In this document: positions 1-13,129 of the stretch, piece by piece
Layout of the letters: each line of letters opens with the position of its first letter
Position numbering within the stretch: the stretch's first letter is position 1
From: Basidioascus undulatus
Taxonomy: Eukaryota
DNA length: 37,133 bases
Assembly: GCA_000826855.1 (NCBI GenBank)
Contig: JTLS01000053.1
Coordinates: 1 to 37,133, forward strand
Reading direction: 5' to 3'
The notes under the pieces: generated by a model
Told to the model about the DNA's origin: nothing
Seen by the model: only the letters and a program-made list of their open reading frames with translations
Databases searched by the model: none
Made by a program: the position numbers and the translations under genes

Positions 1-1688
1 TCCGGCACACCCCTCCCCAGCCCCGCGACTGAGCCACACCAGTTCGCCGTGCCCGCTGCGCCGGTCGGGACGGGCGGGGAGAGCACCTACGTCGCGATGC
101 TCGCCACAAGGCTGCTGGAGGCCGTCAACAAGGTCTTTGCGCCGTACCCCGGGCTCATGGGACCCGATGGCGAGGGATGCTCGTACAAGGGCAGGAGGGC
201 GCCGAAGCGGTTCGCGGTCAAGGCGCTGGCGGACATGGTCGTCGCGTATGTCCCATCTCCCATCCCTACTTGCGCTTATGCGATGCTGACCCCTCTCCCT
301 CTTTCAGCGAGCTCCACGCCGCCCGCAACGACGCGTACCTCCTTCGCGCCGTCTCGCGCCAGCTCGTGCGGTACCTCTGTGTCTTCTCCTCGCAGCTGGA
401 CCCGCTGCTCGCCTCAGCGTGCCTCGACCCGTCCTTCCTCACGCTCCCGCTCTCCGCGTCGCCCGTCGTCCACCCGACCCCACTGGTCGGGACCGTCGGC
501 GTACGCAAGCCGTCCGCGGAGCCGGCCTTGCCCGCGTCACAGGCATACGCGTTCGAGCTCGCCCGCGCCGCGTGGACAGTCAAGGACGCGCTCGAGCGCG
601 CGCTCGACGACCCCGCGGAGCGGTGGCCCCGCTTCCTCCGCGACGCGCTCAAGCCGGGCATGGACAAGCTTGACGGGCTCGTCGGGCGGGTGTCGGGGCC
701 CATCGTCAACGAGCAGCGCGCCGTCCTCGGGACCGCCGCATCGCGCCTCCGGAACCCGGACGAGCCTGTCGCGGGCAACCCGCTCGTGCCCCTCGCGGCT
801 GGTTCCGGGCCGACCAAGGCTCCCGCGGACTTGCCGCTGCCGACCCACCTCCGCGACCTCGCGCTCCTCCTCGACGCCGCGAAGCGCGTGTTCCGCCGCC
901 TCGCCGCGCCGTGCGGGCACGACGGCGAGGCGTGGATCGTGCGCGTGGCAGTGCACGTCATCTGGAAGGGCATGCTCGCGTACTCGGCGCGCAAGCCGCT
1001 CCCGCTCCCCCTCCCCGCGCCGTCCTCCAAGGCAGCCAAGAAGGCCGCCGCCGCGGCCGCTGCGACGCCTGCGGGGGCACACAAGCGCGCGCCCAGCCCA
1101 ACCCAGATCTCCGCGGCCCTCGGACGCATCACCCGCCCCGCTACACCCGCTGGGTCCCCGCCCCCCACCCCCGGCGCGCCCGACGCGGCTGCTGCCGCCA
1201 ACGCGCTCGTCGCCCTCGAGCTTCAAGCGTTCGAGAAGGTCGTACACCGCTTCCTGTCCGGGCTGGTCGACGCCGAGGCGCTCCTCCCTTCCTGGGACTC
1301 CGACGATGACGATGACGACGACGACTCGAACCTCGCCCTCTCCGCCCTGAAAGAGGCGCTTGCCTCCCAGCGCGCCATGTCCTCCCTCCTCCCCTCCCTC
1401 GGGCACCCCGCGCCCTCCGCCGCGCACGCGACGAGCCCAGACATGCCCCCCCTCCTCCACCTGCACCTCCTCCTCGTCCGCGCGGGCGCGCACCTGCCGA
1501 ACGCGTTCTGGGGCTGGGAGTGGGCGGAGTACGAGGAGGGCGTGGGGGGCTTTGGGGGCGCGATGAAGTGGGAGGAGGCGGTGCTTAGGCGGGTGAGGGA
1601 GGAGGTGGTTGTTGGTGGTGGGGCGATGGGAGAGGGGGAGGAGGAAGGGAAGAGGAAGGAGGTGCTGAGGGAGTTCGTGGGCGTTTAG
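1..1688 (+). CDS. Hypothetical protein, 5' partial, one visible intron (246-307)
   Basis: Frame reading ...STYVAMLATRLLEAVNKVF...ALADMVV joins across GTATGT(246)...GCTGAC...TTTCAG(307) to AELHAARNDAYLLRAV..., ending EFVGV-TAG at 1688. Strong GC3 bias and an Asp run near 1302-1325. No family recognised. Confidence 0.8.
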
Positions 1689-2097
1689 AGGGGTAGAGGA
1701 GGGAGGGAGCTGGGAGAGCTGGGGTTTGCTTTTGCTTTTGCTTTGGGTGGGGATGGGTAACCTCCCACCAAAGTTCGCGTATTCCTTTTTCTTTGCGGTT
1801 TTCACTTTCTTTTGTTCTCGTCGCAGTTGTTTTGTAGGTGTAGGCGCAGTCGTTAGGCAAAGCAGTGCTCGCATCGTTATCCCTTTGCTGGTTTGCGCTG
1901 TGGTCGAGTTTGACTTGAGTTGACCTGGGACGAGCTTGGACAAGCAAGCGACGAGGAAGGCGCCGGCGAACCGTGGATTTGCCCCGGTGTGCCGGGCCGG
2001 AAGGTTCCGAGCTGCCGCTCCGCCCCGCCTTCCCCTCCTCCCCATCCATCACCACCTTTTCAATCGTATACTCCGCACCGCAGAACATCCGCACATC

Positions 2098-3101
2098 ATG
2101 GCCTCCAAGCACCTCGCCAGGTCCGTCTTCCCTCTACCCTCTGTGCTCAATTCCCCACGTGGTGTGGTCGTACCGAAGGAAGACGCTGACCTTCTCGCGG
2201 GCGTGGACAGCTGCATCTTCTGCAAGATCATCAAAGGTCCGCACTGGTACCTCTCCAGTTAACGAGCACGAGCCTGCGGGGACGTTGTGCGGGCGTGTGC
2301 GTGTGCGCGGTGTAGGAGCGGGCTGATGCGGGGCTGACGGGTCGGCGGATGGGTGAAGGGGAGATTCCGAGCTACAAGTGTGAGTCGTGAGGAAGGACTG
2401 GGGAGGGGAGAGAGTGCTGTGCTGATGAGTGGAATGTGGGTGGGGTCCGCAAAGTGATCGAGACGGAGCTCTCGTACTCGTTCATGGACATCGGGCCGAT
2501 CGCGAAGGGCCACACACTGGTCATCCCCAAGTGTGCGTCTTCGTCTTCTCCCTTCCCACCTCTCTCCCTCTTCCTACGCTGCGTGCTGAAGAAAGGCGGG
2601 ATGTATGTGGATGGGGATGGGGATTTGGACGGGGTGGGGATGGATGGGCGAACAGACCACACTGAGAAGCTGCACGACCTCCCTGACGAGTACGCCGCGG
2701 ACCTCCTCCCCGTCGCGAAGAAGATCGCCAAGGCTATTGGGGCGCCGGACTACAACGTGCGTGGGGCATCGGGCATCCGGCGGTCTCCTTCTCCATGATT
2801 GGGATACATGGCTGACTGACTGATTGTGGGGGTGGACGTTCGCGGTATGCAGATCCTCCAGAACAACGGGCGGAACGCGCACCAGGTGGTAGACCACGTC
2901 CATGTGCGTCCGTCCTTCTTTCCCACAATGATGACTAGTTGGGGGTCTGCGTGCTGATTTTTGGGAGGGGCATCGCAGGTGCACGTCATCCCCAAGCCGG
3001 ACGCGTCCAAGGACGCAGGCCTCGTCATCGGCTGGCCGACACAGAACCTGTCCAAGGACGAGATCGCTTCCGAGTACGAGCGCGTCAAGCAGAAGCTCTG
3101 A
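2098..3101 (+). CDS. HNT1: HIT-family adenosine 5'-monophosphoramidase (Hint/Hnt1), 7 exons
   Basis: Exons 2098-2120, 2211-2236, 2359-2379, 2455-2532, 2656-2756, 2853-2903, 2979-3101 splice in frame to MASKHLASCIFCKIIKGEIPSYKLIETELSYSFMDIGPIAKGHTLVIPKYHTEKLHDLPDEY...NILQNNGRNAHQVVDHVHVHVIPKP...GLVIGWP...KQKL*. Contains CIFCKII and the HxHxH triad. Confidence 0.96.
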
Positions 3102-3339
3102 GGGAGCTCGGGCGGGTGGAGCCGCGGGCAGGGGCGAGGGGTAGATCGAAGAAGGCGGGGGAAGAGGGGGAGAAACCGAGGGCGACTGAATGAGGGACTG
3201 TGAATTGAAGAGACGTGATGGGAATGCAGAGTTCTAAGTACAGGCAAAGCAATGCGGGATTCGGTGTGATTGCCGTTCAGTTCGCTGTCAAGGCGTCGGC
3301 GCCGGCAACGTGGTCAAGTCGGAAGATGGGCACGCTTGT

Positions 3340-4540
3340 AGCTCAATTACCCAAGCGGACTACTGGATCGGGCTTCAGTGCTTTGGCTTCCGACCTATTG
3401 ACGTGAGCGATTTTCGAGTAAGATTTCCGTCGATTGATAGGTTCCTCCAGTGTGCTCAAGCTTGTCGATGGTCCAACGCAGAGTGCACAGTCGCGTCCTG
3501 CAGTCGTCCCACGATAACCTGACCAACTTCGTCCCAGGGTTGCGTAGACATTGAATTCATCGAGACACTCGATCTTTACATGCAGGAACATGTACGGACT
3601 GTCCTCGACTCCTCCGTATAGCGGAGGAGTTGAGGCTGATCTCAGCTGGGAGTACCGCCGACGCACCTTCGGCCATGGGACTTTGGTCCAGAGTCCATGT
3701 GCTAGCTGTAGCATAACCCAATAGTTTACAGCTGTATCCATCTCCTGATAATTACCGGCTATCTTTGCTGTAGGTTTCTCGTTCTCCCCCAAGTCCCCAG
3801 TCCGGGATCGACACTGTGCGATACTGTGCTTCGGTCGGCGCCACGTCCTTACGCGATTTGTCATTCCATTCCAGACTTGTAGAGTGGGATGATTCATCAA
3901 AGCTACGGTGATCCACTAGTTTTCATGCTCAAGGGTGCCGGGTAAGTTACAGCGATGGCCGACAAACACTGGGCGTTGGAATTGCATCGTATCGACACTG
4001 CAATAGGCGTGAGGCCTCTGACACGCCGAACGTGCATCGTTTCCTCCTGGTAAGTAGCTTTGCAGTTTTCCCGAATGAAAGGAACAGTGCCGGGATGTCT
4101 TCTTATCTCATCGTGAGCTGCAAGATAGGAGCGAGCGTTGTTGAGTCATGGCTCCCACGGCATGTCCAATAAGGATAGCGATATACACTTTATTCTTATT
4201 TTGTGGCAGTTATGGAGTACTTAACTGATCCCTGGTCCAGCGCTTCTCGATTAATTAGGTTTTTCAAAGTGTCTGTCGAGGGTTGTGAGCTTCCGGCCCT
4301 GCAAGTCTCCATTGACGTCTTCGTCAATTCTGCATGTCCTGCTCTAGCCCAGAGGACATTTACATAGGACACAGCCTGGACTAGAAAGTATATAAAGACT
4401 GATATAAAATCCAGGTACGCGTGGTCGGATATGCACCAGTTGGCAACATTGCGAAGAGTGCCGTCGCTCAACTTCCAAGTAGGTTTCACTGCCAATACAA
4501 GTCCCAAATTATTCTTGGTGGTCTTTGACTTTGACAAAGT
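3340..4540 (-). other. AT-richer segment with broken reading frames; possible gene or transposon relic
   Basis: GC content drops sharply relative to the flanks. Minus-strand frames 3343-3900 and 4196-4537 look protein-like but carry no recognisable motif. Confidence 0.2.
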
Positions 4541-4748
4541 GACCCTACAATGTGTGTGACTCTTTCAAATATGGGTTTAGCCGCTAGCTATTCGTGCGCC
4601 GCCACCCACACCTCTTATCTCTGCACGTCGTCTGCACGCTCCGGAGCTCGGCTTCCGTTCATGCCGAGCTCAGATTGAGCTGGCGTGCTATCAACACCTC
4701 CTTGTCTTTCAATCACCATCATCATTTGCCCTTCCACCACACCAAAGC

Positions 4749-5890
4749 ATGTCGCCGGACCCCGCTAATCCCATTCGCTTCGGCGGCCTGGAGAACTACT
4801 GGCTGTACTCATCCTCGACCGGCTACGATCTCACTCGCGGGTCTACCGAGCCATCAATCACAATTTCGACCTCTTCCGAAGTTCCCGTACGCATCTGTCC
4901 CGACCGGACAGCCCTCGTCGTGGTGGATATGCAGTCCGTCAATTCGAATTTCTGGCTCGATAGCCGGCCGGAGTGCTGGAACTCACCGCATTCACTTGCT
5001 CGACGCAGAACGTTTTTCCTCCACCCTGCGCTGAGAACCCATCCGACGGGTCTCGAAGCCGCTTCCAACCTTCTCATTCTCATCCCGGCTCTCCGCTCGG
5101 CCGGCGTGCAGATCATTTTTCTTAACTGGGGCCTGACAGCGTCCGACCTCCGGACGATGGCGCCCGGGACGCTGCACTGCTTCGCTCGAAACCGACTGCC
5201 GCTGTATGGTACCAGCGCGGGCGACAACTCGGACTGCACCGGAGAGGGACTGGGGCGAGACTTGGGCGAGATTGAAGGGAGGAGCGCTGGTAGAGCGCTG
5301 GTGAGGGGCAGCTGGAACGCCGAGCTGTGGGGCGGCTTAAAGGAGGAATACGAGCAGCACAAGGCACCGAACGCGGATTCGCAGGGTGACCTTCTTGTTT
5401 ACAAGGTAAGTCAAGCGTTGGCTCAGCAAGGCGCATCCCCCATCCCCTTCTCGCGCTCAAAGAGCATTCTGTCAGAACCGGCTTAGCGGCTTCTGGGGTC
5501 ACTCTACGCCTCTCCAGGTTCTCCTTCGTGAACGAGACATCACAACTCTGTACGCGCATCGACGGTGGGCCCTTACCCAGCGTTCCGCCCTTTGAATGAC
5601 CCTCGTTGTATATCATAGTCTCTTTTCCGGCGTGAACACCGACCAATGTGTCTTCGGCACTCTGACGGTACGCCGTATTGTCGACATGTGCCTTCCGCCA
5701 GATGCTCATTAATCGGTCACGCCGCTCTGAACAGGATTCCGTCAACCAGGGCCTCGACGCAATCCTCCTCACCGATTGCTGCGGGACCACTTCTCCGCAG
5801 GGCTGCACGGATAGCGTGATTTTTAACGTCGCGAACACCATGGGATTCTGCACAGACAGCCACAGAGTTCTACAGGGTCTGAAGGGTTAA
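4749..5890 (+). CDS. Isochorismatase-family cysteine hydrolase (RutB-like), 5 exons
   Basis: Exons 4749-4933, 5009-5405, 5476-5549, 5619-5667, 5735-5890 give RTALVVVDMQTFFLHP...IFLNWG...LVYKNRLSGFWG...ITTLLFSGVNTDQCVFGTLTDSVNQGLDAILLTDCCGT...KG*. The Asp-Lys-Cys triad is present and the frame is intact. Confidence 0.92.
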
Positions 5891-6889
5891 AATGAGGCTG
5901 TGTGATGGGCGGGACGAGGCGGCTTAGCGTGACGCATGGACATTGTATTGCGATTCTTGCACTTTGCTCCACGACCTCAAAGGGTGAGGAGTGCCAAACA
6001 ATGCTTCTTTTCAGAAGGAGCAGAAGGCGCAGAACGTACAGCTGGGTCATTGAAAATGCAGCAGGTCAGGAGAGTGACACACCTGACCACGTGGTGAAAT
6101 GCAAAATTGCGATATCGCTGTTGTGAGAGGAAGCTGCTGGAGCGAGTTTTGCTCACCGGCAGGGATTGCTGCGCACGCTCTCATCACTGGCCAGTATGAA
6201 ACTCAGCAGATACCCTTCCATGCTTTCGTCGTCGGGCCAGTCGTCGGGCCATGGCCGCGGCACTTCCGGTTCACTAATGTTTTACGCCCAAACGAGATAT
6301 TATACAGTAATACAGCAGGCGTTCAACTTATGTATCATGCGAGATGCGATTGATGAGAAGAGGACGGACGATCGAAGAACAATGCGATGCGTTTAACTTT
6401 CAGAGCGCAGTACCTTAATGCGAGACAAAGAGGGAGAGAAGAGAATAATTGGTGGTCTATGTAGGTGTTGTTGCTCGCCCTTCGTGTGTGGTGGGGAGGA
6501 CGAAGCGGCGAATGAGGTCTAGGAGGTTGTCTGCGTGGAAACATCGCGGGTGAGAAGCGACAGACACACACACACAAGAAGCCTGCGGCGTCGTGATTGC
6601 CTATCTGGTCTGAGAGCTTTCGTGAGGTACATCTCTACACAAGAAGCCAACATAAGTGTGAGTGCGTGGACCCCAAAATTGGCTGTTGCGCTGCGCGGAA
6701 GAAGGGCTACCGCTTCTCGCCCCGCTCGCGTAGGGCGAGCCGGGGACGTCGGGTCTCTTCGCGGAGGGCTGAAGCTGGAGGGGTCGAACGAGATCCGGGT
6801 TCGCGCAGATTGGGGACGCGCGGGGTGTCGTTGGGCTGGAGCGCGAGGCGCATATGTGAGTACTGTTTCTGCTCGCTGTGTGGAGGTTG

Positions 6890-9800
6890 TAGGCTAATGC
6901 AAGAGGAGTGAACGGTGGTACAGGCTCACGCAGCTGTCGCAGTCGGTCGAGGCTGCCGGGCGATGTCTACGCGTCCTGGACTACATCACGGTCCCCCCGG
7001 GCGCAGCCGACGAGCCGGGCGCATTCAAAGTCCTCATCATGAAGCATCCCGGCTCGAACGTCCTCGCGCGCTTCTTCAAACCCCCAGGTCCGGCCGAGCT
7101 TCTTCCTCCCCGGCTCCAGAGCGGACCGGGTGCGCCCCGAGAGGGAAAAGAGTCCGCCGAGGGCGACGAAGGAGAAGGACGACCGGACGGACTGGACTAC
7201 GCTGCCGGCAGTGCCGACGCTGCACCCGGAGAAGGGCCATACGAGCCTCCGCCAGCGGTTGAGATCGATGTGAGTGAATGTAACAGGACATTCTCAATCT
7301 TTATACTCCCGAAGAGACTGGCACTCCTCCTGATTGGGTTTGACAGCTCTCCTCCTTCCTCGAGTACCGCCTTCCCTTTCCTTTCACATCCCTGGCCCAA
7401 ACTCACCGGACATGCCCTCGAGGTTCTTCACGCGAACTCCTTCGTGCACGGCGATGTACGGCCCGACGCGTTCCACTGGCAAGAGAGCAGCGACACGGTG
7501 CGGTTTGCCTATTTCGGGCTGCGCAGCCTGTACATTGCTTCATTCTTATAGCTTGCAGTACCCTGGAGAAAATATGGTTATATTTGAAGACAATGCTAAT
7601 GCTTCTGCCCATCTGGTTGATAGGCACATCGATCAGTACGCCGGCGTTGCGAGCGTCATTCTTCGCACGGAGCGACGCACGCCGGAGCAAGACCTGATAC
7701 GGGGGATATTGAACTTCCTCAGCCCCGAACAGGCTAGTATGTCCTTTTTGTGTTTCCCGTCCAACTTCCCTTTCCTCCTCTGCCTCAGCGGAACTCACGT
7801 CGCGCTGCTCGCCCATGACAGGCTGCATCACGGCTGGACCCGATCATCGCTCGGACCTGTACGGCCTGGGCATGTCGTGCTGGTATCTACTCGCTGGTCG
7901 GCGAGCCTTTCAAGGCAGCATTTCCGAGATCCTGCGCGATATCGGGTGCACCGAGTACGTCTTGCTCACGTCCTCCCTTCATTCATCGACAAGCACCTAA
8001 CCTTGGTGCACACAGCCCGCCCCTTCTCCACAATCCGGGCGGACGTTCCTCCTGTGCTCTCGCGCATCATCGCGAAGCTCCTCGCGAAAGTGCCAGATCA
8101 GCGCTACCAGAGCACGGGTGGACTGAAGGAGGACTTGCTGCAGTGTCAGACGTATTTACGATATCGCGTCGCGGCGCCCCGCCTAACGACGCACACTCAC
8201 GTCTAACAGCACAGCTGTGCTCACGGCGTCGGTACGGTTCTATTGCACTCCGACCTGCATACTTGTATAGCTACTCGTCGACCGCCTGTCCTCCCGCACG
8301 CAGGCACCCAGCTGTTCGGGCAGCACGTCCGCCAGTTCTCGGGGTTCGAGTCGAGGCTCCGAGCATAGCGGACACGAGTTTTGGGTCTGCGTCTACGACG
8401 CCTTGCCGAAGACGCCGGAGTACGGGCGGTAATCGTTTCAGGTCCGGCAAGGTAAGCGGACTGTTGCTGGAGAAGGACGTGATGCTGTTGGTCTTAGACT
8501 GACTTGATGGTCTTCCCCGCGCACAGGTCTGGAAAGGGCTCGCTCATTTACGAATGCCAAGTCGAGGTGCATATGGCAAGTTCGCACCTGGTGATACGAC
8601 TCCGTAGTTGGCTATCGTACGTCGCAATCGCTTGTTGATGAGGCTCATGCACAACGACTTATCAGGTATAAACGTCCCACAGTACTCCTGTCTTTCAGCC
8701 ATCTTCCGACAGTTCCTCACCCTGCCCGCGCCCGCGCTCTACGATTTTGTTAAAAATCTCAAACAGCGATTACTTCCGGTGACCTTCGGTACCCTCCTCA
8801 TTCCCGACCGTTAAAAGGAGAACCGTTAACCTGTCTCTATTCTCTCTCCTAGAACATCTCGCTCCTCTTCTCGTCTATCCCAGAGATCCAGAGCTGCTCA
8901 AGCTGGTCGGCGCCGTGCCTCTTGCGTCGGAGGCGGAGCCGCTTAGCACGAGCGAGTCGCAGTCGCGCTTTCAGAACCCGATGGTCGAGATCATGGCAAT
9001 CGCTTTCTGGGGAACGAATGGTCAGCATGGTAAACTCCAGCTGCCTTTTTATTGCCATCCGAGTATGTTCTTGCACTAACGGTCTCTTTTGCCGCAACTG
9101 CAGTTCCTGGACGAACTTGCACAAACATCGATGCGCCTTCGCTCGCGTTGCTGGAAGCTTTCGCTCGATCTCGCGTACAGGTATTGCTCCTCGGGACCAT
9201 TCGCGACAATCACGAGTATCTGACTGTCTTACAGTTGTTTATCATGAAATGCGTTTAATCTCGAGGTTTATGTACTGCCAGCACCACCATCGCCGACCGC
9301 CTGCGCCTTGTGCTCGGCGCCCCTGGTCTGACGTGGATAGCGCTGCAACCGCTAGGCGAAGAGTCCGTCTCTGAGCTCGTGAGCGCGACACTTCATCGGA
9401 ACCGCGAGCAATCGGCGCCCCTGGTGTCCGCTCCTTACGCTAAAGGATCCGGAGCCTGCTTCTCATGCTGAAGAGCGAGAACTTCGTGAGCTTCAGGGGC
9501 CTTCAACTGATAATGGGGCGGGCTATGCTAGCGAGGCCGCGACCTTTACGCTTTCGCGCACGACCGTTACCGCGGGGCTTCCCTCAAGCTCGCGAAGTCG
9601 CAACCGGGAGGCCTAGCTCAAATCTCATTCGGCTTACGGAGTTCCCTCATTTTTGGTTCGCAGCCTTGTCTCACACTGTGTGTTGTCGGGCCAGCTCGTC
9701 AATCTCCTTGAACGATCGAGCAGGAATGACTTCCAGCTGGCAGACTACATTCTGCGTTGCGTTCCTGTCATCGCCGAGCGCCAAGTTCGAACAGATTACG

Positions 9801-12800
9801 TCGCGAGCCTGGTGACTGCGGGATCGGCAGCGTCTGCCCGCGGTGCGATGGAAGTGAGTACTGACGCTTCCATTTTCTGCTTTTGTATCCTTATTTTGAG
9901 ATGCTTGGGTAGACCTGCATCACCTACTTTCAAACTGCGCACGACCTCATCAGAGCAGGTGCCTGGTCGGGCGACGACTCTGAGACCAGCTACGTTGTTC
10001 TGAAGCTGGCTGAGTGAGTTTTCCCTCTCCCGAACAATGCCTACTGGGATGGTTGTGAGCTGAAGCCCCTGTTACCTTGCTCACAGACTCCGTCATTGGA
10101 AAGGTACGTTCTTCTGATGCGGCGTTCTTTCTCTTCTGACAGGGTGACCTCGGCAGGCGATGTTGCCAGGTCGGATGAGCTTCTCGCTGAGCTCAGTGAG
10201 TCTATGGTTTAGGTGATTCAAATTACACCAAGCATAGTTCACGCTGAAGATATCGTGATGTCCACCGCCGCATCCTCGCTTTCGGCATCGGCAATATCCG
10301 AGAGCTTCCCCGCGCGAACGAGACGCTAGTCCACCTTGCAACACCCTACTCTTAGAGTAAGTGGCCATGCGCTTGTCCTGAATGCTCATTCACTGATGGA
10401 AGTTGGGTTTGCTTTCAGAGCTTGGATATTTGTGTACCTGGGAAGGCGGGCCTCTTGCAGATCATCGGCATGAAGGTGAAGTTCATGATCTGGCTTACAG
10501 GCGTTCGACGCTCTGCTGAACAGTGTGGCACAGGCTATCTCTGTCGCATTGGACCACGGCATTACATGCGGGTTTGTCGATTTTGCTTTGATAAGAAGGC
10601 TGCAGTCAGCAGCAACAGCAGTGCTGACTTTGGTGCTTGGTAGAACGGCAATGGGACTCGCAAGTAATCCGTTTTTGAGCTTTTGCGGTGGGGTTTCCTG
10701 ACGTCGGAGACGGTATGCAGTTAGCACCGGCTCGTTCACAGGTAAGTGGGTTCATCGTCGTATGAAGATCGGCGCTAACACGCTATCCGAAGCGCTTCGC
10801 GACGACTTCGCGTTCGGTGCACAGATCGGACGCCTTGCTTTGGAGCTCACGCTTGAGCACGGCACCAACCTTGAAAAGGGGTATGTCTCGGTAATCAAGT
10901 CTTCACCCATGGAAAACGCTCTGACAACCGCTAGCAGTCGGGTTATCTCTCTTTCATCGCCATGTGTGCCTCGTTCGACAGCGTAAGTGTCAGATTTTGC
11001 GCGCGTCTCGCTTGACTTTCCCAACTTGCTTTGTTCTGCAGGTCCACTTTGCCCAGACTGGCCGCTATCCCTTCATGTCCAGCGATTTGCCAACGCCGCC
11101 CGTGCGTGGGTTGTCCGCTCAATCAGAAACAAAGCTGATCTTGATCCGCTGTCCAGGCGACCCCCTTTTTGCGGCGTTCGCTCGATGGCACCTCACATCC
11201 AACAAGCTATACACCAACTCACCTCTGCAGGAGACGATGTGCGTATCCTACGTGCACCCAAAACGACTGGCAGCTGATGATGAGGCTGGCTTCAGCTATT
11301 TCACGAAGGACGTCCTTGCCGACTTGGGTCACTGGACGCACAGGAGTCCGACACGATCTGCTTCATCTACTCTGTCAAGAACACGGCCAAAGCGCTTGCT
11401 GGCATGACCGTGGCAGAGTCTGCCGAGACAGTCTTCGACTCGCATGACTGGGACGATGCGGCGTACGTCGCCTGCGTGAGGAGACTAGCGAATGTACCTG
11501 ATCTGGCGCTGAACTGGGTACGTCATTTTGCCACAGCCAGAATACATTACCTCTACTGATGCATAAGTCTCTGTTCAGTATGAGAGCTTCCGCCTCTGCG
11601 CGCTGTACAGTCTCGGCTTCTACGAGGCGGCCGCGGAGCTCGGATTCTTCACCGCTGCGCGGCCTACTATCATCCGTACAGTCTGATTTCGCCTCTTACC
11701 TGTTCTCCACTGACTGAGCTCTTCTTTCGTGAAAGAAATCATCGACACAATCAGTTTGCGCTCTTCTGACACGCCCTCACCCTCGTCGAAGCAGCTCGCT
11801 CCTCTCCGCTGCCCTCCGATCGGCGGAACAGTACCTCGAGCAAATCATGCTGAAAGTTCCTCGGTCCATCGGAAATCAACATCGCCCAGTGGGTTTAGCT
11901 CATTGCGGCCGAGCTTGCAGTGTGTTCTCCAGCTTTCTTCCGCGGCGCTGCGCTCTTCATACACCTTTGATGCTGACGTTCTCCTGTAGTCTGTTGCTGG
12001 GCAATCGTCCGACGTCATCAAGCTTTATGACAAGGTTGTGTGAGTCATCCCCGAGACTGAAATTTAGCTGAGCTCATGAAGATGGTGTTGGACAGAGCGG
12101 CGAACATGGGCGACTGGACTTTCGAGGCGGAATGAGCGCTGTTCTTGGCACGTTTCTGCCTCTTCTTCCGATCTTCAGTCTACCTACTGACGTCTTCTCG
12201 CAAGCGGGCTCGCATTTCTCCCGTTTGGGCGCGGAAAGCATAGCTGCCGACTTTCAGGAGCGCGCATTCCTAGATTCGCAAGCATGGGCGCAAATGGCGT
12301 GGTCGTACGTTTACTTTTTTTTTTGCCTGCTGGTTGGATAGAGCTAACACCTGGTTTAGGGCTACCTCTCTCACCGTCTCGGCCACCTCGGCCCGCTCTT
12401 GTCATTCTCGCCGCAGACGATGGAAATGGGAACTCAGACCGAAGACGCTGCAGTACTTACCGCCCCACTTTCCCCCGGCGCGCAAAAAGTCGGCATCTCC
12501 CTCTCTCGCGCACCGTCTAGCCAGCAGCTCCCGAGGGACACGATCGAACGTACAATTGAGCATTTGCCTTCGAAGGACCTGGCCGGTATGTGCAGGTAGA
12601 TGTGGATACCTTGCTCTTACTAACACGCAGCGATCCTTCCAGCGCTGATCAAATCCTTCAAGCGATCGCAAGCGACGTCAATTTGGCAAGCATGTTAGGT
12701 ATAGCACTCTTTGGGGCTGTTCGCCAGCGTCTCAGTTTCTAACAATATTCTTGTAGAACGCCTGACGGAATTGCTGATTGAAGCGAGCGGTGCCCATTGC

Positions 12801-12960
12801 GCTTCTATCGTCGTCCGGGAGGAGGATGGCAGCGACTTTCGACTTCGTACGCTGCAAAGTCCGCCAAAGCCGGCAAGGCTTGGTCACATTCGATGCACGA
12901 AGTCGTAAGCTGGCAGAAACGGAATCCATCGGCAAACCGAACGCGCACTAAGTGGTCCCA
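6890..12960 (+). pseudogene. Degraded hybrid histidine kinase of the S/T-kinase + AAA-ATPase + GAF type (fungal group X, Chk1-like); HisKA/HATPase/receiver not seen
   Basis: Kinase motifs LHANSFVHGDVRPD (~7447), FLSPEQ (~7715), DHRSDLYGLG, IIAKLLAKVPDQRYQSTGGLKEDL (~8070-8140). Walker A VIVSGPARSGKG split by intron 8452-8526; FLDELA..IDAPSL; LQPLGEESVSELVSATLHR; ALAGMT..FDSHDWDD..LALNWYESF; GAF entry AIASDVNLASML/ERLTELLIEASGA (~12660-12800). In-frame TGA at 11767-11769 and frameshifts near 11825 and 12658. Confidence 0.85.
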
Positions 12961-13129
12961 CACTCACCTTCTATTGCCTCCCCTTGTTCTTTTATAAATT
13001 AGGTAATTTCTATACAGGATAACCTGAACAAGGTGGCCATGTGGGAGTAAGCTGAAGAGAAGCGCGACAGTGCTTTGGCGTTTTCGTAAGAGGGAGGTTA
13101 AGGGCCGGCTGCTCCCTCGTCGCCTCAAA

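Noticed and set aside
266..2045. Long antisense and alternate-frame ORFs over GC-rich genes (also 16673-17641)
   Set aside because: Shadow ORFs caused by high GC3; low-complexity Arg/Pro/Ala content with no motifs.
2928..2957. ATGATGA...CTGA in HNT1 intron 6 as a snoRNA
   Set aside because: Only ~30 nt, no guide, and the CTGA is the branch site.
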